Of a stretch of 64,000 nucleotides of DNA, positions 10,565 through 19,222 are shown piece after piece. The notes under the pieces were generated by a model. That model was not told where the DNA came from. It worked only from the letters and a program-made list of their open reading frames with translations, and did no database searches. Every line of letters begins with the position of its first letter. Position 1 is the stretch's first letter. Source of the DNA: an uncultured Eubacteriales bacterium (GTDB lineage: Bacteria > Bacillota > Clostridia > TANB77 > UBA1234); NCBI GenBank assembly GCA_964400015.1, contig CAYNRR010000001.1:45904-109903 (forward strand), written 5' to 3'. The position numbers and the translations under genes were made by a program.

Positions 10565-11764
10565 ATGACTACAAACAATGATTTTGATTTTGAACTCGAA
10601 GTTACCCCTGCCACCCCCAAAGTTGTGGATGCTGCAGAACTTTCTACTGATCTTGGCATCACACTCGAAACAGCTAAAGATACTGCTATCGCAGAAGTCG
10701 AAACTGTACGGCAAAATCCTTTGGCAACGGAGCTCAAACAATCTATGAGTTCTGCCGAACTCGAGAAAATCAGTGCTTTCGTGCCTAAAATCGATCTTCT
10801 CGATCCTTCGGTCATTACCAACTACGCAACCTCGTCTCAGAGCAAGCTCAACAGTTTTGCAGACGATATTTTGAAACAAGCACAACTCAAAGATTTGGGC
10901 ACCGTCGGCGATGCTCTTCTTAGCCTTATTACTGGACTGGAAGAGTTTACTCCCAGTAACGAAAGGATTCCCCAGCCCAATGAATGGGGCTTCAAGCGCA
11001 AAGTAAAAGCATATATGACTCGACTCCGTTCTCGGTACACCAGCGTCAAAGAAAATGTTGACGCAGCAGAAAAAACTCTGCGAAATCATCTGCTCGTACT
11101 GAACAATGATCAAAAGACTTTGGTCAAGTTCGAAGAGCTTATGATGCAATATTTACGTGAGCTTTCCATGTACATCGTCGCCGGTTATGAACGACTGGCA
11201 GATGTTGAAAATGGAGAGCTGGCCGATTTACGCACACAGGCTGTTGCTTGCCCTAACTCTGAGGTAAGCATGAGGTACGATGCTCTTCAAAATGCATGCG
11301 ACCGTTTTGACAAAAAGCTCAACGACCTGGCACTGTCCAGAAATGTCGCTATGCAGACCATCATTCAGGGACGCGTTATGCAGAACAACGATGTTGTTCT
11401 CATCGATAAAATCAATTCCACGTTGCTCAATACCATTCCTCTTTGGAAGAGCCAGATGGTGATTTCTTTGGGCATCGCAAATTCTCTGAGTGCTCTCGAA
11501 GCACAGGAGAAAGCCACGGATATGACAAACTTCTTGCTGAAAGAAAACTCCAAGAACCTCAAACAAGGTTCTGTACGTTTGGCTAAGGCAAACGAACGTG
11601 GTATCGTAGATTTGGAAACCTTGGTTCAAACCAACCAGGAACTTATCTCTACCATTTCGGAAGTACATCAAATTCAGCTTGAAGGTCGTGCCAAACGCAA
11701 AGCTGCTGAAGTCGAACTTGTCAGCCTTGAAAAATCTCTTAAAGAGCAACTGCTCAAAAAGTAA
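10565..11764 (+). CDS. telA: TelA/KlaA-family toxic anion resistance protein
   Basis: 399 aa, all-helical, with an acidic N-terminus. Size and sequence style match the TelA family. RBS is AGGAGG. G+C is clearly higher than in flanking DNA. Confidence 0.7.
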   Translation: MTTNNDFDFELEVTPATPKVVDAAELSTDLGITLETAKDTAIAEVETVRQNPLATELKQSMSSAELEKISAFVPKIDLLDPSVITNYATSSQSKLNSFADDILKQAQLKDLGTVGDALLSLITGLEEFTPSNERIPQPNEWGFKRKVKAYMTRLRSRYTSVKENVDAAEKTLRNHLLVLNNDQKTLVKFEELMMQYLRELSMYIVAGYERLADVENGELADLRTQAVACPNSEVSMRYDALQNACDRFDKKLNDLALSRNVAMQTIIQGRVMQNNDVVLIDKINSTLLNTIPLWKSQMVISLGIANSLSALEAQEKATDMTNFLLKENSKNLKQGSVRLAKANERGIVDLETLVQTNQELISTISEVHQIQLEGRAKRKAAEVELVSLEKSLKEQLLKK

Positions 11765-11770
11765 ACTAGA

Positions 11771-11806
11771 AAAGGACCAGAAGAAAAATCTTCTGGTCCC
11801 TTTTTT
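11771..11806. terminator. Bidirectional terminator between the telA-like and vWA genes
   Basis: Stem ggaccagaag / cttctggtcc, flanked by an A-run and a T-run. Confidence 0.8.
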
Positions 11807-11808
11807 AT

Positions 11809-13500
11809 TTACATTTCTGCATCAAACAAACTCTTCAAAACATATCCAATATCATCACTATTCGCATCAATATATGCGCCACCATTGATAGCTGCAATTT
11901 TTTCGAGTTCTTTTACGTCCGCTTCATATCCAATTGTATAAATCGGAATATTATAGAACTCAATAAGTTCTTTCATCGAGGTAAGCGAATATCCATTACA
12001 AGTATATCCGTCACTAAGCAGAATAATAATCGGCTTAATATCCGAATTCACTTTCATTTCTTCGTTGATAAGTTTTATCGCCACCAAAATCGCATTATTA
12101 GTTGCCGTACCATCGTACGCTTTCCACTTATCAATCGCACCGACGAAATATTCTTGTTGCGTTCTATCAAAATTACCCAACGGCAAATCTAGATAAATAT
12201 TCTCGTTATAACTTAGCAGACCAACTTTGCAATCCTCACTAATATACTGCATTGCAGATTTAAGCGATTCTTTCAAAGCCTTCAAATTATTACCTTTCAT
12301 ACTACCAGACTTATCTGCGATGAAGAATGCAATAATTTGCTTACCAGATGTTTTTTCGTTTTTCCAAAATTCAAGTACTGTAGAAATTACATTACCAGAA
12401 TATTTAGAAACTGTGCTTACATAAGAATCTTCTTTGTTGAAGCCCAAACTAGTTCCATACTTTTGGATATCTGCATTCTGCAAGAACTTACCAAAAAGCT
12501 TAATCGTTTGAGATTCTTCTGCTGTCAAGTCACCAATTGCATACAACGGATTATCATGTCTTACGCCAAACGGAATAAATGTAAAAGAATTTTTGAGTAC
12601 ATCATCATTTTCGTATGCCTGACGTTCAAGTACGAAAGCATCAATAGTGCCACTTTGAACTGCGTTAATCATCTGAGCATTAGAGTAGGCTACTAATTGT
12701 ACTGCATTTTGGAAATTAGAAAAATCCGTAGTCGCCTCAATACTCATAGGATTATTAGCATCAAAATAGCTAAGCATAGAAATAACAAAGTTCAATCCAG
12801 TAGGATTATTCGTCGGATTAGCATATCCTACCGAAATTTCACCTTCAGTAGTTGCCTTTACAATTGTTGCAATATCAGGAGTAGTACCATACTCATGATA
12901 TTTTTCATTTTGCATAATCAATCCAACAGTATTACCAACCGTTCTCTCTGTAACCATGGAAACTTTGATGCCGTTTACTTCCATCAGACTACCATATATC
13001 TCGTTCGCAGCGATATATCCCTCAGGATAATAACTACCACTTAAAATATAGTCTTCTGCCAAACTCGCTTCCAAGCTTCTTACAGACACTGAAACCGATT
13101 CACCAGAATCAAGCTTGTATCCACTTTCGTTGAACTTATTAGCAGCATAACTTACAAAATCTAAAATACTGCTACCGTTATCTTCTTGAGGGACAAAGAT
13201 TTCAATATCAATTTCAGCATCTCCATCAACTGCAAGTGGATAATTAGAAATCGATGGCATCTCGTACATAAAGCCGTTAAATGTGCCATCTTCCGAAACA
13301 GTCGAATCAAACTCTGGTACCTCACCTTTTATCAGTTCTGTCTCATGAATTTTAATGTTGAATTTATCAAGATTTTCCTCAGCATTTTCGGCAGTAATGC
13401 TTCCCTCTTCATAAATACGTGCCCCTCCAATAGAGCAAGCTGTAAAGAGCATAGCAAACATCAAGATTAACGACGTAAAAGCAATCCATTTCCGTTTCAT
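11809..13500 (-). CDS. Lipoprotein with a solute-binding-like N-terminal domain and a C-terminal von Willebrand A domain
   Basis: Signal peptide with lipobox (LFTAC). The C-terminal vWA domain has a MIDAS-like DKSGSM (DxSxS) plus downstream T and D residues (DGTATN ... LLSDG). RBS is AAGGAGG. Confidence 0.75.
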   Translation of the reverse strand: MKRKWIAFTSLILMFAMLFTACSIGGARIYEEGSITAENAEENLDKFNIKIHETELIKGEVPEFDSTVSEDGTFNGFMYEMPSISNYPLAVDGDAEIDIEIFVPQEDNGSSILDFVSYAANKFNESGYKLDSGESVSVSVRSLEASLAEDYILSGSYYPEGYIAANEIYGSLMEVNGIKVSMVTERTVGNTVGLIMQNEKYHEYGTTPDIATIVKATTEGEISVGYANPTNNPTGLNFVISMLSYFDANNPMSIEATTDFSNFQNAVQLVAYSNAQMINAVQSGTIDAFVLERQAYENDDVLKNSFTFIPFGVRHDNPLYAIGDLTAEESQTIKLFGKFLQNADIQKYGTSLGFNKEDSYVSTVSKYSGNVISTVLEFWKNEKTSGKQIIAFFIADKSGSMKGNNLKALKESLKSAMQYISEDCKVGLLSYNENIYLDLPLGNFDRTQQEYFVGAIDKWKAYDGTATNNAILVAIKLINEEMKVNSDIKPIIILLSDGYTCNGYSLTSMKELIEFYNIPIYTIGYEADVKELEKIAAINGGAYIDANSDDIGYVLKSLFDAEM

Positions 13501-13533
13501 ATAGCTTTTCCTCCTTAATATGAATTGTTGGAA

Positions 13534-13562
13534 AAGTGCCCGAAATAATTATCGGGCACTCT
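13534..13562 (-). terminator. Terminator after SBP-OmpA gene 1
   Basis: Stem agtgcccga / tcgggcact, followed by a T-run on the minus strand. Confidence 0.65.
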
Positions 13563-13574
13563 TCAAGTCAAAAG

Positions 13575-15056
13575 TTAATATCCAATCACTTTGAAATACA
13601 CTTCTGTACGACGATTGGCAGCGCGTCCTTCATCTGTATCATTATCTGCAATAGGATTTGTATCACCATTACCAATAATAATAAATCTGTCAGGATCAAG
13701 ACCTAAAGCTTGCAAGTATTTAGCAACACTCAGAGCTCTCTTATAGGAAAAGTCAATTCCATTGTCGCCACCATCTACATGAGCTGTATTACCCTCAATT
13801 TGGATATATACACCGTTAAGAGTTTCAGCAATCTTTGCAAACTCATTCAATTCTTCGTAGGAACTGCGAGCTACGCGATAAGAATCAGCCTCGAACTCAA
13901 TATTCAAAGTTACACTTAAAAGTGCAGCATTGTTGGAAAGATTTTCAGCATCTTGCCGTCCCTCTTCCGAAAATTTAAACGATGTAATATCATTTGTAGG
14001 ATATTTACCTGCAAGTAATTTGATGTACTTATCCGTGAATGCAGTATCTGCTTTTTCAGGGTTAGCAGTTTCACCAATGCTTTTCCAGATTTCAGCCATC
14101 TGTTCATACATTTCCACTGCCATTTTATCAAGCAAACTCGCATTGTCAGCCCAAGTAGCCAAAGAAGCTCCTTTGCACATTTCAGCAATTTCAGTATCAG
14201 TCATAAGTTCAAACATAGGCATAGCTCTAATGCTGTCAAACTCACGCTCATACATAGAACCAGCTTGAAGTGCACCATCAATAAGTTTTACAATGAACTC
14301 TTCGTTTTCCTCGACAAAAGACTTACTAAATACTAATCCGTCCAAAATCAAATTAGTACCCATGCTTGTATCAAAAAGAATTCTCGAGTCTGTAGAACTA
14401 GCTGCCTGTGTCAGATACGGTTCCCAAGTTGCTGCAGCATCAACACTTCCAGAAAAGAAAGCTTTAGCTGTTTCGTCAGCCGTTTCAAAATAAACAATAT
14501 TATTTCGAATATTACTAATTTGTTTCTTTGACAAAGACGAATTAGTAATCAGCCATTCGACCAAAGTCTGTGCCTCAGAAAACCTAGGAACAGCAATTTT
14601 CTTGCCGACTAAGTCTTCAACAGACCGAATATCCGAAGTTGCAATAATGCCATCTCCACCATTGGAATAATTAGTGATATATGGCATAATCACATCAAAT
14701 CCAGCCGAATCAAACTTTGACTGTAAAAAAGCGTAACGATTAACTGTGTAACCAGCACCTTGAAGTTCGCCACTAATAAGAGCTGAAGAAGAAGTTGTCG
14801 CGTCATTCATAATGACGTATTCAACCATGATACCATTTTGGGCATTGATACTTCCCTCTTTAGTCGTAAGACCTCCATTAGCATACAAAAGAGGTTTCCA
14901 ACCAATGAACTCGTCAAGGCTAATTCTGACTTGCACGCCACCATTGTTATAGTCAGCAGGTTCTCTGTTCATGAAGAATACAGCCACACCAACGATAACA
15001 ACCATTAACACAGCAGTCAAAATCATCGAAAGCAAACTCTTTCTTTTGCCTTTCAT
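13575..15056 (-). CDS. Fusion of a NitT/TauT(NMT1)-like ABC substrate-binding domain and a C-terminal OmpA-like domain; N-terminal TM anchor (paralog 1)
   Basis: 493 aa. N-terminal hydrophobic helix. The central region is SBP-like. The C-terminus carries OmpA-family motifs (GNTAHVDGG ... RALSVAKYL ... NRRTEVYFK). RBS is GGGAGGAG. Confidence 0.7.
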   Translation of the reverse strand: MKGKRKSLLSMILTAVLMVVIVGVAVFFMNREPADYNNGGVQVRISLDEFIGWKPLLYANGGLTTKEGSINAQNGIMVEYVIMNDATTSSSALISGELQGAGYTVNRYAFLQSKFDSAGFDVIMPYITNYSNGGDGIIATSDIRSVEDLVGKKIAVPRFSEAQTLVEWLITNSSLSKKQISNIRNNIVYFETADETAKAFFSGSVDAAATWEPYLTQAASSTDSRILFDTSMGTNLILDGLVFSKSFVEENEEFIVKLIDGALQAGSMYEREFDSIRAMPMFELMTDTEIAEMCKGASLATWADNASLLDKMAVEMYEQMAEIWKSIGETANPEKADTAFTDKYIKLLAGKYPTNDITSFKFSEEGRQDAENLSNNAALLSVTLNIEFEADSYRVARSSYEELNEFAKIAETLNGVYIQIEGNTAHVDGGDNGIDFSYKRALSVAKYLQALGLDPDRFIIIGNGDTNPIADNDTDEGRAANRRTEVYFKVIGY

Positions 15057-15082
15057 ATAAGTGCTCCTCCCTTCGGACTTAT

Positions 15083-15787
15083 TTAAAGTTCTAATTCAAA
15101 CTCATCATCATCGTCATCATACTGCATTCGGAGTTCCTTAAGACTTTCAATAACATTTTGAAGCCCAGGATCATCAACATCGACATCTTCACCCATTAAG
15201 GAAACTTCGTCAAGAAGCTTATCATACAAAGCAATAAGTTCATTATTATTGGCGATGATTTTCGTGATACTGCTATCATCCCATACCGTAGCCGGGCGAG
15301 TTGCTGGATCCTTCGCACGATAAACGATAAGACGTTTCAAAAAATTCTTGAGATTTTTCTCTAAGAATTTTTGAACCTCTTCATTCCTAGAAATCAAAAA
15401 CTCTTTTGCACTATCATTATTCAGCGAAATAATCATAAGCAAAGCTTTTTCTTTCTCCTGGAAAGCTTCTACCTGGCTCATAAACTTGTCAATCACAGGC
15501 ATAAATTGAGGCTCTCCAACTTGCATTTTACGAAGCGTAAGATAGTATTTATGCCAGAGATCTTCTTTTTCAAGAGGTTCTTTTTGCTTATCAGCAATCT
15601 TTTTAGTCTTGCCTGCCTCTGCACAAATGTACATAACACAGTGCAGTGCTAGAGTTGCAATAACTAAAAGAACTGCAAGGATAATATTTTTTACGCCAAA
15701 CCCCTGAGCAATGAAATAATTGAAAGCATGGATATTCAAAGCTACAAGTAACGCATCAAGAGCCAAAATAATCAGTATCTCCATCAT
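15083..15787 (-). CDS. XpaC-like (5-bromo-4-chloroindolyl phosphate hydrolysis family) membrane protein
   Basis: 234 aa. Two N-terminal TM helices, then a helical domain and an acidic tail (DDDDDEFELEL). This architecture and the linkage to TelA match the xpaC-yaaN pairing of Bacillus. The call rests on architecture rather than a strict motif. Confidence 0.5.
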   Translation of the reverse strand: MMEILIILALDALLVALNIHAFNYFIAQGFGVKNIILAVLLVIATLALHCVMYICAEAGKTKKIADKQKEPLEKEDLWHKYYLTLRKMQVGEPQFMPVIDKFMSQVEAFQEKEKALLMIISLNNDSAKEFLISRNEEVQKFLEKNLKNFLKRLIVYRAKDPATRPATVWDDSSITKIIANNNELIALYDKLLDEVSLMGEDVDVDDPGLQNVIESLKELRMQYDDDDDEFELEL

Positions 15788-16580
15788 TTAATGTCACTCC
15801 TTCCTCAAACAAGGTTTCCGTTTCTTGTAAAAGTTCCACTTCATCATATTGCACGGACTCTTGCTCAATCGACTCTTCTTCCTGTGGTTTTACTTCATCT
15901 TTCGGAGGATGCAATCTAAATTCAGGCGTAAAATCCAGAATTGTTGCACCAAGACCTTGGAAAACATGTTCTTCATGGGTAATAATGATTTCAATCGTAC
16001 CATACTTTTTCTGATGACGTTTAATCATTTCTACCACAATCATGTCGTTTTCGTTATCAAGTGCAGAAGTAGGTTCATCATACAATACAACCTTACTCCA
16101 TTTGTTGATAAACACACTTGCCAGACTAAGTCTTTGATCTTGTCCACCAGAAATCTGATTCGGCAATTTATGCAAATGCTCAGCAAGACCTAACTCTTCC
16201 AAGATTTGCTTTGCTTCCTCAATATCTTCAGGTGTAGGCTCAACCTTGTGCCCTTTATAAACCATCAAGGCATTCTTCAAAACATTCAGCCACGGAAAAC
16301 TCGTATAATGCTGATGCATCATATGAATTTCAGGCGAATACGACGTCATCTTTTCACCATTCAAAATGATGTCGCCAGTATACCGTGTTTCCAGTCCTGC
16401 GATAATTCGCATTAAGGTGCTTTTACCAACACCAGACGGACCAACAAAAACATAGATACCAGGTTCAAAATCAAAATTGAAATTGGAAAACAAAACATTA
16501 TCGCCAAAAGCCATGCTAAAATCTCTGATTTTAAGAGAATTTTTAGCAACGGGCTTATTTTCAATTTCCTTCATGCTCAT
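15756..16580 (-). CDS. ABC transporter ATP-binding protein (NitT/TauT-type) with an acidic C-terminal extension
   Basis: Walker A GPSGVGKST, signature ISGGQDQR, Walker B VLYDEPTSALD. The start at 16580 (MSMKEIENK) lies 7 nt after GGAGG. The 3' end overlaps the XpaC-like start by 32 nt. Confidence 0.85.
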   Translation of the reverse strand: MSMKEIENKPVAKNSLKIRDFSMAFGDNVLFSNFNFDFEPGIYVFVGPSGVGKSTLMRIIAGLETRYTGDIILNGEKMTSYSPEIHMMHQHYTSFPWLNVLKNALMVYKGHKVEPTPEDIEEAKQILEELGLAEHLHKLPNQISGGQDQRLSLASVFINKWSKVVLYDEPTSALDNENDMIVVEMIKRHQKKYGTIEIIITHEEHVFQGLGATILDFTPEFRLHPPKDEVKPQEEESIEQESVQYDEVELLQETETLFEEGVTLNDGDTDYFGS

Positions 16581-17322
16581 CGCTAAACCTCCACTTAAAA
16601 GCTCTTTTAACAATTGTAGTTGCAATTTTGTCAAACAAATAACTTACAACTATGATGATTACAATTGCAGCAAAAACCATAGCTGTTTTTCCTCTTGCCG
16701 AACCGATGTACATAAGGTGTCCCAAACCATACTGCGTATTATTAACTTCAGCAATTATGACATACGTCCATCCCACTCCGTATAATGTAATCAAAGATTG
16801 CAGAATCGAAGGAGTAACATACGGTATGAAACAATGTAACAACATTCTGCTGTAGGAAAAACCCATCGTGTAAGCCGTTTCTTTCAACTTATCAATTGGC
16901 TCACTACAAGTTTGAATTACAGTTGGTAAAAAAGAAAAAAATGCAGCAATTACCAAGAAAGTAATTTTCATTTTTTCATCAATACCAAGTAACAAAACAA
17001 GCATTGGCGAAAAACAGGTTACTGGAATATACCGCAGAGAATCTACAACAGGCTTGAGCACTCGATTAACAGGAGGATACCATGCTATCAGCATACCTAA
17101 AGGAATAGAAATCCCAGCTGCAATCAAAATACCAATAGTAACTCTAAAGAAACTTGCACCAAGATGTTTAAAGAATACACCCGTTTCAAAAAAGTTTATA
17201 ATCATCGCAAATGTTTCCATCGGCGATGGTAAGAACAAGCTTTTATTAACAATAATACTTGCCAACCACCAAATGGCAATTACACACACGATGAAAATCA
17301 CTTTTTTCAAAGCTTTTTTCAT
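16561..17322 (-). CDS. ABC transporter permease (NitT/TauT/SsuC-like)
   Basis: 253 aa with about 6 hydrophobic segments. It sits immediately upstream of, and overlaps, the ATPase gene. Confidence 0.8.
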   Translation of the reverse strand: MKKALKKVIFIVCVIAIWWLASIIVNKSLFLPSPMETFAMIINFFETGVFFKHLGASFFRVTIGILIAAGISIPLGMLIAWYPPVNRVLKPVVDSLRYIPVTCFSPMLVLLLGIDEKMKITFLVIAAFFSFLPTVIQTCSEPIDKLKETAYTMGFSYSRMLLHCFIPYVTPSILQSLITLYGVGWTYVIIAEVNNTQYGLGHLMYIGSARGKTAMVFAAIVIIIVVSYLFDKIATTIVKRAFKWRFSDEHEGN

Positions 17323-17346
17323 AACGCATCTCCTTTTTAAGAAGAA

Positions 17347-17377
17347 AAGGGCTAGGTATTAGCCCAGCCCTTTTCAG
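17347..17377 (-). terminator. Hairpin (terminator or attenuator) between SBP-OmpA gene 2 and the permease gene
   Basis: GC-rich stem aagggct / agccctt on the minus strand, followed by TTTTCTTCTT. The intergenic gap is only 63 nt, so partial read-through is plausible. Confidence 0.5.
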
Positions 17378-17385
17378 TTAATTCC

Positions 17386-18867
17386 TTAATAGCCAACTTT
17401 AGTCTTAAAGAAGATTTCAGTACGACGATTTTCGGCGGCTGCCGGTTCATCCTGATTGAGAGGATTCGTATCGCCATTGCCAATCACAATAATTCTTTCC
17501 TCGGCGATTCCCTTAGAAATGAAATAGTTAGCAATGGATTGTGCACGCAAGCGAGAGAATTCAATAATCTGAGATTCAGATACGCCTTCTGCACGCTTAG
17601 ATGCATTACCTTCAATCTGAATATAAACACCGTCAAGCACCTTTGCCACTTTAACAAACTCATCAAGTTCGTCATAAGATTCCTGCTGAATATTAACAGA
17701 GTTAAGCTGGAACTTAATGTCTGCATTGTAAGAAAGCAAAGCATCAGGCGATTCAATAATCATACCGATATCACCTGTCTGGAAAGAATCAATTACGTCA
17801 TCTTCCTGGTTTTTATACTTGTCAGACAACTTATTCAAATATTCATCGGTAAAAGCGTTTTCTGCCTTTTCAGGATATGCACTTTCGCCAAGACCTTTCC
17901 AAACCTCTGCCATATCACGATACATAGTAACGGCAACATCTGTCAGCAACTGTGTATTCTGTGTCCAAGTTGCCAAGTTAGCACCGTTTGCCATATCGAT
18001 GATTTCTGCATCAGACATAAGCTCAAACATGGGCATCTGCCGAATATTCGCAAACTCAACTTTGTACATACTACGAGCCTGCAAAGCAGCATCAATCCAA
18101 TTCACAACAAATTCGCTATTGTTCTTCAAAAATTCTTCATTGAACAAGACACCATCCAGAATCAAGTTTGTACTCATGCTAGTGTCAAACAAAATTCTAG
18201 AATCCGTACTAGAAGCTGCCTGTGTCAGATACGGTTCCCAAGTCGCAGCAGCATCAACACTACCTGCAAAGAAAGCTTTAGCTGCGTCATCGGGAGTTTC
18301 AAAATAAACCATATCTTTTCGGATCTGTTCTCTTTGAGCAGCTGTCAAACTAGAATTGTTAAGCAACCACTCAACAAGCGTCTGGGCCTCGGAATACTTG
18401 GGTACTGCAACCTTTTTGCCAACCAAGTCATTGACGGAAACAATATCACTTCTTGCAATAATACCGTCACCACCGTTACTAAAGTTAGTAATGTACGGCA
18501 TTTTTACAGAAACGCCTGCTTCATCAAATTTAGACTGCAAAAAAGCATACCGGTTAACCGTGTATCCTGCACCCTGAAGTTCGCCACTAATAAGTGCAGA
18601 AGAAGATGCAGTCGCGTCATTCATAACCACATATTCAATATATACACCGTTCTTAGCATTCAAACTGTCCGGTGCTGTAGTAAGTCCACCGTTTGCGTCA
18701 AGCAACGATTGCCAACCAATCCATTCATCAATGGAAACCTTGACCGGATTATCGGCAGAATACTTTTTACCAGCACTTACAGAGCTTCCACAACCTGCAC
18801 ACATCGATGCGATGAGTACAAGAGCCATAGCCATGGCTAAAATTTTGACCACGTGTTTCATTTTCAA
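17386..18867 (-). CDS. Lipoprotein fusing a NitT/TauT(NMT1)-like substrate-binding domain with a C-terminal OmpA-like domain (paralog 2)
   Basis: 493 aa with lipobox (MCAGC). Long blocks are identical to paralog 1, for example MNDAT.SSSALISGELQGAGYTVNRYAFLQSKFD. The C-terminus ends in NRRTEIFFK. RBS is AGGAGG. Confidence 0.75.
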   Translation of the reverse strand: MKMKHVVKILAMAMALVLIASMCAGCGSSVSAGKKYSADNPVKVSIDEWIGWQSLLDANGGLTTAPDSLNAKNGVYIEYVVMNDATASSSALISGELQGAGYTVNRYAFLQSKFDEAGVSVKMPYITNFSNGGDGIIARSDIVSVNDLVGKKVAVPKYSEAQTLVEWLLNNSSLTAAQREQIRKDMVYFETPDDAAKAFFAGSVDAAATWEPYLTQAASSTDSRILFDTSMSTNLILDGVLFNEEFLKNNSEFVVNWIDAALQARSMYKVEFANIRQMPMFELMSDAEIIDMANGANLATWTQNTQLLTDVAVTMYRDMAEVWKGLGESAYPEKAENAFTDEYLNKLSDKYKNQEDDVIDSFQTGDIGMIIESPDALLSYNADIKFQLNSVNIQQESYDELDEFVKVAKVLDGVYIQIEGNASKRAEGVSESQIIEFSRLRAQSIANYFISKGIAEERIIVIGNGDTNPLNQDEPAAAENRRTEIFFKTKVGY

Positions 18868-18999
18868 TTCCTCCTAGATAAAATTAAATTATGTTATGCG
18901 AAAATAGATTAACCACGTCGATTTGTTTGTGCCACTTTTTACATTTTTACCCTCCTCTATTAAGAATATGAGTTAACACAATGCATTTCGAACGATGTC

Positions 19000-19028
19000 A
19001 TTCTATCATGGTTTTGTGGTTATGTCAA
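19000..19028 (-). promoter_or_regulatory. Sigma-A-type promoter for the SBP-OmpA/ABC operon
   Basis: On the minus strand: TTGACA (19028-19023), 17-nt spacer, TAGAAT (19005-19000). This leaves a leader of about 130-150 nt. Confidence 0.6.
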
Positions 19029-19222
19029 CATCGCTAAGGCCAATTTTCAACCTATTTTGCCCAAAAAAGCAACCCTTTTTCCATATCAATTTCCAATCAC
19101 ATTAAATCAAACTTTTTTATCAAATTTCGCATTCTTACTAATTATCAATAAAAAATATTGAGTATATTTGAATTTATTGGTAAAATTTTATATAAAGGAA
19201 TTGTTTTTAGTTAGGAGGAGCC

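Noticed and set aside
17539-18840. 433-aa ORF on the plus strand, plus other long antisense ORFs such as 10502-11149, 25573-26415 and 36443-37231
   Set aside because: They lie entirely antisense to genes with clear motifs (SBP-OmpA, TelA, SpoIIE, radical SAM). They have odd Cys/Ile/Phe-rich composition and lack an RBS. They are shadow ORFs that stay open because of the codon bias of the real gene.
18868-19000. Possible riboswitch (for example a TPP riboswitch, given the NMT1/THI5-like SBP) in the operon leader
   Set aside because: I could not find the conserved TPP-box elements or any other riboswitch core I recognise. Only the start-stop mini-ORF is reported.
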